A DNA stretch of 4,917 nucleotides from a virus (IMGVR_UViG_2671180814_000001); one strand, 5' to 3'. Shown: positions 1 to 4,811, counted from the first letter of the stretch. The notes: generated from the sequence alone by a model not told the origin. Made by a program: numbers and translations.

Positions 1-23
1 AAGGAGTGTCCGTTAAACTCAGG

Positions 24-389
24 CTACCTCATTCTGGCGAGTCGTTTTTTGGAGTGTTCGCGGGCTTTTTCCTCCGTCATCTGAATAATCAGCATATCAG
101 CAGGATCGCAAATCACGTTGTAAATCACCCAGCCGTCAATCAGGCCGATAGTCTTGCCGGTTCGTGCCGGGCCAACAAATATCACTGCGTCGTATTCACG
201 CGAGGCCAGGCAGTTCATCGGCTCAATAACATACGGTGCCACCAGCGGATCCCACGGGACTGAGTTCCCTGCCCCCATGGGCACCCGCATATACTGAGCA
301 ACGGCATCAGCAACCCGCATTCGTCTCGGTGCGCGAAGGATATAACCTGAATCGGTTCGTGCTGCCTTTGCGGTTTCCTGATTCAGCAT
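24..389 (-). CDS. Phage terminase large subunit (lambda gpA-like), N-terminal ATPase fragment; 121 aa, far shorter than the ~640 aa family norm, so probably truncated or a pseudogene
   Basis: ORF with ATG at 387-389 and TAG at 24-26. Walker A-like motif FVGPARTGKT, in a context that loosely parallels the lambda gpA N-terminus as recalled. The start overlaps the stop of the upstream Nu1-like gene (TAATG), matching the lambdoid Nu1-A arrangement. Only 23 nt remain to the window edge, so a frameshifted continuation cannot be assessed. Confidence 0.65.
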   Translation of the reverse strand: MLNQETAKAARTDSGYILRAPRRMRVADAVAQYMRVPMGAGNSVPWDPLVAPYVIEPMNCLASREYDAVIFVGPARTGKTIGLIDGWVIYNVICDPADMLIIQMTEEKAREHSKKRLARMR

Positions 390-883
390 TACTCCTCCTG
401 CTGTAATTCCTCCTCATCATCCGCACCTGCTTCAGTCACCCGCAGGGCTATCTGATCGCGCAGATCATCAATAATGGACTGAACACGGCTCACAGCGGCA
501 GGCTGCAGACCGCAGTCACGTTCAAGAATATCCGGTAATGTCTCCAGCACCTGCACGACCGCTTTTGCCCAGATGGCAAACTCCCGTCTGACATCACTGG
601 CCGGAATGAGTTGTGCCGTTTCCTGTTCGAACTTAAGACGCTCACGTTCAGACTGATACCAGGCTTTGCGCTCATGCGCGTCCATTTCGCCTTCTGCAAC
701 CGGCGGTGGTAATGCCAGAAATGCCGACACAATATCAACCACCCGATAAAGCTTGAGGTTGCTTTCATGCCCCCCTGCAACGGGTAGATTTTGCAGCCTT
801 GCCGCAGCAGTCTGGCGATGTACACCTGACAGTGCCGCCAGTTGACTGATATTCAGCGTCAGATTTTTTAACTCTCGATCCAT
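389..883 (-). CDS. Phage terminase small subunit / DNA packaging protein (lambda Nu1 family)
   Basis: 164-aa ORF. The N-terminal segment LNISQLAALSGVHRQTAAARLQNLPVAGG has the same pattern as the lambda Nu1 helix-turn-helix region (KKQLADIFGASIRTIQNWQEQGMPV), and the C-terminus is acidic. GGAG lies 8 nt upstream of the ATG at 881-883. It sits about 180 bp downstream of the cos-like site and directly upstream of the large terminase, with overlapping stop/start. Confidence 0.8.
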   Translation of the reverse strand: MDRELKNLTLNISQLAALSGVHRQTAAARLQNLPVAGGHESNLKLYRVVDIVSAFLALPPPVAEGEMDAHERKAWYQSERERLKFEQETAQLIPASDVRREFAIWAKAVVQVLETLPDILERDCGLQPAAVSRVQSIIDDLRDQIALRVTEAGADDEEELQQEE

Positions 884-1014
884 ACCCGCTCCAGAATGTT
901 TTAAACATGCATCTTGCGAACAACTTTAGGCAAACGGTGTTAGTGATGAACAAAAAACAATCAAAATCGACACCATAAAAATAAAACCACTGTAATATCA
1001 ATCCATTACAGTAG

Positions 1015-1075
1015 TGGTGATGACGAATGAAATTTCAAAAACTAGCCTTTTTCCGCGCCGCTCCCGCCCCGTGGC
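1015..1075 (-). other. Candidate cos site (cosN-like GC-rich core plus adjacent cosB-like sequence) of a lambda-type packaging system
   Basis: Minus-strand sequence CACGGGGCGGGAGCGGCGCGGAAAAAGGCTAGTTTTTGAAATTTCATTCGTCATCACC, compared with lambda cos as recalled from memory: ACGGGGCGGCGACCTCGCGGGTTTTCGCTATTTATGAAAATTTTCC...TTCGTCATAAC. Shared blocks are ACGGGGCGG, CGCGG, GCTA, TGAAA, TTTC and TTCGTCAT. It lies about 180 bp upstream of the Nu1-like start; the lambda spacing is about 190 bp. Confidence 0.55.
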
Positions 1076-1240
1076 AGGCCACCCCACCGGGAGGACCCGT
1101 CAGCCTGACAGCCATGACGAACGTCTGATACAGCGCCCTGCATGAATGACATCGGGATAATCCAGAAAGGAATAGCATCGTACCCACAAGAATCAGTGTA
1201 AGTGTCCTGTTTCTTCCACCCCCGCACAGGACTGGCGAGC

Positions 1241-1417
1241 ATGAGGGACAAACCCGCGAACCATAAACGCGGTAAAAACCCGGTGTGCATCGTTTTTGAT
1301 TATTCCCGCACACTCGCGCAGAAGGAGTTCCCCGTCGGGCTACGGTCATGGTTAATACGGGAATACGGCGACGATACAGCGCATGATGTGTCAGGCTTGA
1401 ATACCTTTATCCTTTAA
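1241..1417 (+). CDS. Hypothetical small protein (58 aa from ATG 1241; the ORF track starts at GTG 1202), opposite orientation to the late genes
   Basis: AGGA at 1228-1231 sits 9 nt before ATG 1241. A hairpin with a T-run on the plus strand follows about 50 nt downstream (1464-1490). The position between Rz and cos, on the opposite strand, is where lambda carries bor, but the protein is not Bor-like and I do not recognise it. Confidence 0.25.
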   Translation: MRDKPANHKRGKNPVCIVFDYSRTLAQKEFPVGLRSWLIREYGDDTAHDVSGLNTFIL

Positions 1418-1463
1418 AAGGGATATCAGTTAAGTTATCCCGTGTAGGGTATAAGCCATTATC

Positions 1464-1490
1464 AAAGCCACTCTGTAGGAAGTGGCTTTT
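1464..1490 (+). terminator. Candidate intrinsic terminator hairpin (stem AGCCACT/AGTGGCT, 8-nt loop, TTTT tail; A-run on the other side, so possibly bidirectional)
   Basis: 7-bp perfect stem at 1466-1472 and 1481-1487, followed by TTTT at 1487-1490. Confidence 0.4.
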
Positions 1491-1501
1491 GTAATGGCAA
1501 T

Positions 1502-1525
1502 AAAAAGCCCCGCGAATGCGAGGCT
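1502..1525 (-). terminator. Rho-independent terminator for the minus-strand (late) transcript
   Basis: Minus-strand RNA AGCCUCGC-AUUC-GCGGGGCU followed by UUUUU: an 8-bp GC-rich stem with one G-U pair. A near-identical element follows the other Rz copy at 3478-3500. Confidence 0.5.
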
Positions 1526-1558
1526 AAATCCTGGTATTTGTAATGACTGGCTCTTATC

Positions 1559-1702
1559 TCAACGCAGCCCCTTACCGCGCGCAAAATGCTCAATATCAAG
1601 CATCAGCAATGAGATGTTTAATCTGGATTCACTCCAGAAGTGAGCACCACCCTGTCTACAGAGCCAGATGTGAAGGATGATGAGTAAAATTATCGCTATC
1701 AT
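1559..1702 (-). CDS. Possible small membrane protein (47 aa, [47 protein letters not shown]), translationally coupled to Rz
   Basis: ATG at 1700-1702 overlaps the Rz stop at 1699-1701 (ATGA). The N-terminal 14 residues are strongly hydrophobic. The ORF ends about 35 nt before the terminator at 1502-1525. It is below the ORF-track length cut-off and was found by manual translation. It is absent from the equivalent position after the second Rz copy. Confidence 0.25.
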   Translation of the reverse strand: MIAIILLIILHIWLCRQGGAHFWSESRLNISLLMLDIEHFARGKGLR

Positions 1703-2166
1703 CGAAGGCATTGCGTCCTGATGTATTCCTGAAGCGTTCTCAGTGCTGTTTGGTCGCGGATAATTCCGTCCCGGATACCGAGAACGTTTCGTCCAGCAAC
1801 TGGAGAGAGTTCGACGGTGGCATCATTGCCCATGCCGGAGGCGCTGGAGGTTTCGGCTGAGGATGGCACAGGGCATTTTCCTTTGACGAGCACCCGACCA
1901 CCATTATCAAGCTTGCGCCGAAGAGCATCATTTTCAGCTTTCGCATCAGCTAACTCCTTCGTGTATTTAGCATCGAGTGCATCAGCATCACGCTGGCGCT
2001 GCTGCATGTCAGTAATGGTTGCGTTCGCCAGCTTCAGTTCTCTTGCGTTTTTGTCGCGCTGCTCTTTGTAGGTAATGGCGTTATCACGGTAATGATTAAC
2101 AGCCCATGACAGGCGGACGATGATGCAGATAACCAGAGCGGAGATAATCGCGGTGACTCTGCTCAT
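1699..2166 (-). CDS. Rz: Rz i-spanin (inner-membrane spanin subunit), lambda type
   Basis: The N-terminus [34 protein letters not shown] (TM helix) followed by a coiled-coil-like region matches lambda/DLP12 Rz as recalled. ATG at 2164-2166 overlaps the upstream endolysin stop (ATGA). A C-terminal Cys is present. Confidence 0.85.
1740..1946 (-). CDS. Rz1: Rz1 o-spanin lipoprotein, embedded in the +1 frame of Rz, lambda type
   Basis: [21 protein letters not shown] has a lipobox (VVGC) and is followed by the proline-rich [16 protein letters not shown]. It resembles lambda Rz1 (MLKLKMML...VVGC...PPPPPAW) and lies entirely inside Rz. Confidence 0.8.
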   Translation of the reverse strand: MRKLKMMLFGASLIMVVGCSSKENALCHPQPKPPAPPAWAMMPPSNSLQLLDETFSVSGTELSATKQH

Positions 2167-2281
2167 TGCTGCCCCCACAAACAGACTTCACGCTCAATCT
2201 CACGACGGGTCATCAGCCCTTTCCATTGCTTACCGCCAGCATATGTCCAGCGACGTAGCTGGTCACATGCGCCTTTGATAT
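2163..2281 (-). CDS. R: 3' end (last 38 codons) of a second endolysin gene, interrupted upstream by the N gap
   Basis: Translates to [38 protein letters not shown], almost identical to the C-terminus of the complete endolysin at 3987-4484. The reading frame runs directly into the N-run at 2282. Confidence 0.8.
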
Positions 2282-2465
2282 NNNNNNNNNNNNNNNNNNN
2301 NNNNNNNNNNNNNNNNNNNNNNNNNNNNNNNNNNNNNNNNNNNNNNNNNNNNNNNNNNNNNNNNNNNNNNNNNNNNNNNNNNNNNNNNNNNNNNNNNNNN
2401 NNNNNNNNNNNNNNNNNNNNNNNNNNNNNNNNNNNNNNNNNNNNNNNNNNNNNNNNNNNNNNNNN
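2282..2465. other. Assembly/scaffold gap (184 N)
   Basis: Uninterrupted run of N. It begins inside the endolysin reading frame, so real sequence is missing here (at least the 5' part of the endolysin and probably a holin). Confidence 0.95.
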
Positions 2466-2578
2466 GTTATTTCCCCACTTACTGGCTTGGGTTGTTTCGT
2501 GGTACTGCCGTTAACTGGTGGCCCAGAATAAATTCCGGTTTCATTATCAAGCCCACCCGTAAATGGGCTTTGTAATGG

Positions 2579-2836
2579 CTACTTCGCTTTTGCTTCCGCT
2601 CGCTTACGCCGGCGCTCTTCTTTCCTCTCGGCTTTTGCCATGTCCATGAATGCCTGCATGATCGAGTTCCGCATCATGTAGCTAACAAAGTGATGATTGA
2701 CACAGCCGTTGAGGCGCAGCTGCTCGCCAAACTCATCCACCGAGGCCAATGCTTCCATCATGCCCTTCTCGCCTTTCATGAACTCTGAGAAGTCGCGCCC
2801 CGCTCTGGAGGCGCATTCAATAACATGATCACTCAT
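2579..2836 (-). CDS. Hypothetical 85-aa protein with an acidic N-terminal half and a strongly basic/charged C-terminal tail; downstream partner of the KilA-N-like gene
   Basis: ATG at 2834-2836 overlaps the stop of the upstream ORF (ATGA). C-terminal tail AKAERKEERRRKRAEAKAK. A hairpin (AAGCCCA/TGGGCTT, 2549-2570) lies 9 nt past the stop. I do not recognise the family. Confidence 0.5.
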   Translation of the reverse strand: MSDHVIECASRAGRDFSEFMKGEKGMMEALASVDEFGEQLRLNGCVNHHFVSYMMRNSIMQAFMDMAKAERKEERRRKRAEAKAK

Positions 2837-3330
2837 CCCGGAAGCCCGGGGATCGTAATCTGCAGCTGGTTAGCCAGGGAGTTAATCTCAGCGACCAACA
2901 CTGGCTTCGTATAGCGCCATGCTGCCAGCCCTTGTCCGCAGAAGCTCGCCATGTCTTTCTTCTGGTCAAATTCATGACATTTCATGTTGAGCTGCGCACT
3001 TAAGCTGTTGCGATGCTGAAGTTCTCCGGTGAAGTAGTCATCGAGGACTTTATAGGCCGCGTACTTGAACCCGGGGTTTAACCAAGCCGCATAATCGTAA
3101 GCAACAAACTTCCCGCCATATGTTCCACCGTGTACACCGCGCTCAGTAAAAACCACAGATTCGTGGTTTTTCTCCAGCTCGGCTAAGAACTCTTTGGTCT
3201 GCTTGTTTCGCAGGTAGTGGTAAGGCGATTCAGATTCACTTTTACCACTGGCTTTCCACATATCAGTGAGGCAGATCATGCCATCTTCACCGATACGAAT
3301 TGGTTGATTGAAGAGGGTTAATGATTTCAT
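2833..3330 (-). CDS. KilA-N-domain-like protein (165 aa), function unknown
   Basis: The N-terminal ~110 aa fit the KilA-N pattern as I recall it: LFNQPIRIGEDGMICLTDMWKASGK ... EFLAEL ... GGTYGGKFVAYDYAAWLNPGFKYAAYKVL. The C-terminal ~55 aa are unassigned. ATG at 3328-3330; a weak GAG/AGG SD lies upstream. Preceded by the tandem terminators that follow the complete lysis cassette. Confidence 0.6.
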   Translation of the reverse strand: MKSLTLFNQPIRIGEDGMICLTDMWKASGKSESESPYHYLRNKQTKEFLAELEKNHESVVFTERGVHGGTYGGKFVAYDYAAWLNPGFKYAAYKVLDDYFTGELQHRNSLSAQLNMKCHEFDQKKDMASFCGQGLAAWRYTKPVLVAEINSLANQLQITIPGLPG

Positions 3331-3445
3331 AGCGTGTACCTACTCTTTGAAATGAACCTTTGCCGCACAGGAAACCAGCCCACCGAGGCTCGCCAGCACT
3401 AACTGGTATCCTCAAAGGCCCATTCCAAAGGGGCAGGTTCGGTGT

Positions 3446-3470
3446 AAAAAACATGCGTTGCGGTACGCAT
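3446..3470 (-). terminator. Candidate intrinsic terminator (stem ATGCGT/ACGCAT, 6-nt loop, U6 tail on the minus strand)
   Basis: Perfect 6-bp inverted repeat at 3453-3458 and 3465-3470. On the plus strand it is preceded by AAAAAA at 3446-3451, which is the U-run on the minus-strand RNA. Confidence 0.4.
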
Positions 3471-3477
3471 TTATTGC

Positions 3478-3500
3478 AAAAAGCCCCGCATCGCGAGGCT
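3478..3500 (-). terminator. Rho-independent terminator directly downstream of Rz (same module as 1502-1525)
   Basis: Minus-strand RNA AGCCUCGC-GAU-GCGGGGCU followed by UUUUU. It lies about 30 nt after the Rz stop and is near-identical in sequence to the element at 1502-1525. Confidence 0.5.
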
Positions 3501-3531
3501 CATTAAATGGACTTTGTGATTTGCAAAAAAA

Positions 3532-3990
3532 TTATTTCAGGCATTGCGTCCTGATGTATTCCTGCAGGTAGTTAACCTGCGCGGTTATCTTGTCGATTCC
3601 ACTTCGGAGACGGTAATAATTGAGTTCAGCATCTGCTGTAAGTCCTGGGCTTTCTCCATCGCCCATGCCGCTGGCTCCGGTCGTTGACTTTGCACAGGTG
3701 GCGGCGACTTGCAGGCGCTTACGCCCAGCAGAAACATCAGCACGGAGACTTTCGATAGTCGCGTTAGCATCAGCAAGCTCCTTTATGTATCTTGCGTCGA
3801 GTTCTGCTACATCACGTTGACGCTTCCGCATGTCAGCGATGGTGGCGTTCGCCTTCTCCAGTTCACTGGCCTTGTTATCGCGCTGCTCTTTGTAGGCGAT
3901 TGCGTTATCACGGTAATGATTAACAGCCAATGACAGGCAGACGATGATGCAGATAACCAGAGCGGAGATAATCGCGGTTACTCTGCTCAT
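3532..3990 (-). CDS. Rz: Rz i-spanin (second variant; C-terminal half diverged from the copy at 1699-2166)
   Basis: [35 protein letters not shown]-terminal TM helix followed by a charged coiled-coil-like region. GGGGGA SD before ATG 3988-3990. The ATG overlaps the endolysin stop (ATGA). Rz1 is embedded. Confidence 0.85.
   Translation of the reverse strand: MSRVTAIISALVICIIVCLSLAVNHYRDNAIAYKEQRDNKASELEKANATIADMRKRQRDVAELDARYIKELADANATIESLRADVSAGRKRLQVAATCAKSTTGASGMGDGESPGLTADAELNYYRLRSGIDKITAQVNYLQEYIRTQCLK
3585..3770 (-). CDS. Rz1: Rz1 o-spanin lipoprotein, embedded in the +1 frame of Rz (second variant)
   Basis: From ATG 3768-3770: [20 protein letters not shown] (signal peptide with lipobox Cys) followed by the proline-rich [16 protein letters not shown]. 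Entirely inside Rz. Confidence 0.75.
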   Translation of the reverse strand: MLTRLSKVSVLMFLLGVSACKSPPPVQSQRPEPAAWAMEKAQDLQQMLNSIITVSEVESTR

Positions 3991-4484
3991 TGTTTCCCCC
4001 ACAAACAGACTTCACGCTCAATCTCACGGCGAGTCATCAGTCCTTTCCATTGATTACCGCCAGCGTATGTCCAGCGCCGTAGCTGATCACATGCGCCTTT
4101 AATATCACCCTGGTTTATTTTGCGAAGAAGCGTCGATGTTCTGAAATTGCCAGCGCCCACGTTGTAAACGAACGAGTAAAGAGCGCCGCGCGTTGTTTCC
4201 GGTATATCGACTTTGATGTACGGGTTAATTTGTCTGGCGACAGTGGCAAGGTCTTTATTCAGGAGAGCTTTGCACTCTGCTTCGGTATACGTTTTACCGG
4301 GAATGATGTCTTTTCCTGTATGCCCGTAACATACAGTCCATACACCAACTATGTCTTTGTAAGGATTATGTCTCACACCTTCCAGACCATCGTTACCACC
4401 TGGGCCAGTGATTAACACAGATGCTATAGCAATAGCCCCGCCACCAATAGCAGCAGCAACAGCTTTTCGTAATGATGGAGGCAT
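3987..4484 (-). CDS. R: SAR endolysin (phage-21 R / DLP12 RrrD-type lysozyme with an N-terminal signal-anchor-release domain)
   Basis: 165 aa. [28 protein letters not shown] is a Gly/Ala-rich weakly hydrophobic SAR segment. It is followed by a T4-lysozyme-like catalytic region (LEGV...YKD...VWT). Near-identical to the phage 21 R protein as recalled. The start overlaps the holin stop (TAATG). Confidence 0.9.
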   Translation of the reverse strand: MPPSLRKAVAAAIGGGAIAIASVLITGPGGNDGLEGVRHNPYKDIVGVWTVCYGHTGKDIIPGKTYTEAECKALLNKDLATVARQINPYIKVDIPETTRGALYSFVYNVGAGNFRTSTLLRKINQGDIKGACDQLRRWTYAGGNQWKGLMTRREIEREVCLWGKQ

Positions 4485-4699
4485 TATCCACCTCTCGCAG
4501 CCTTGCGCTTATCTTCTTTAATCTTGAAATAAAGGTTTGTCAGGTACGTCAGCAGGCCAAATACCAGGCTACCCAGCACTCCAATTGCCGCCCACTGTGA
4601 GGGCGTGACTTTATCTAGCAGCTGTAAAAACCAGTACCCGGCACTACCTGCTGAGGTGCCATAGGCGACACCCGTTGTTAACTTATCCATGGATTTCAT
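4484..4699 (-). CDS. S: Pinholin, S21 family (class II holin, 71 aa) with a dual-start motif
   Basis: [71 protein letters not shown]: two TM segments and a charged C-terminus. Met1-Lys-Ser-Met4 is the antiholin/holin dual start. A strong SD (GAGGTGGGG) precedes the ATG. Near-identical to phage 21 S / EssD as recalled. Confidence 0.9.
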
Positions 4700-4811
4700 A
4701 ACCCCACCTCGCAGACAAAGCGGGTGTAAATTGAGGGAATACTACGAAACGTAACAGACTCGGAGTCAGTGAATAACTCAGGTATTGGGTTATCAGCTAA
4801 TATCGAGACTC

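Noticed and set aside
6-263. 85-aa plus-strand ORF
   Set aside because: Lies entirely antisense to the large terminase ORF, which has a clear family signature and translational coupling. No recognisable features.
490-1001. Minus-strand ORFs 490-825 (111 aa) and 765-1001 (78 aa)
   Set aside because: They are alternative frames overlapping the Nu1-like gene and the cos/cosB region. The translations are Cys/Arg/Trp-rich and low-complexity, typical of out-of-frame reads through a real gene.
1035-1349. Minus-strand ORFs 1035-1349 (104 aa) and 1042-1290 (82 aa)
   Set aside because: They run across the cos-like site and are Gly/Arg/Cys/Pro-rich, as expected for spurious ORFs in GC-rich DNA. No start context. 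Mutually overlapping.
1817-2071. 84-aa plus-strand ORF
   Set aside because: Antisense to Rz/Rz1. Ser/Ala/Leu-rich mirror translation of the coiled-coil coding sequence.
2275-2514. 79-aa plus-strand ORF reported by the ORF track (mostly X)
   Set aside because: An artefact of translating through the 184-nt N run. No real coding information.
3331-3445. A dedicated sigma70 promoter for the KilA-N-like gene
   Set aside because: Only weak -35/-10-like hexamers (for example TTGGAA with no convincing -10 at correct spacing) were found on the minus strand, which is not enough to call a promoter. Expression may rely on read-through or on a promoter I cannot recognise.
3620-3933. Plus-strand ORFs 3620-3820 and 3709-3933
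   Set aside because: Antisense to Rz/Rz1 of the right-hand lysis module. No independent support.
1699-4100. Reading the two Rz regions as a simple recent tandem duplication or direct repeat
   Set aside because: The copies are mosaic (about 90% identical at the endolysin 3' and Rz 5' ends but strongly diverged in the Rz 3' half and in Rz1), so they are distinct alleles brought together rather than a fresh duplication.
4230-4415. 61-aa plus-strand ORF
   Set aside because: Antisense to the SAR endolysin gene, whose identity is very well supported.
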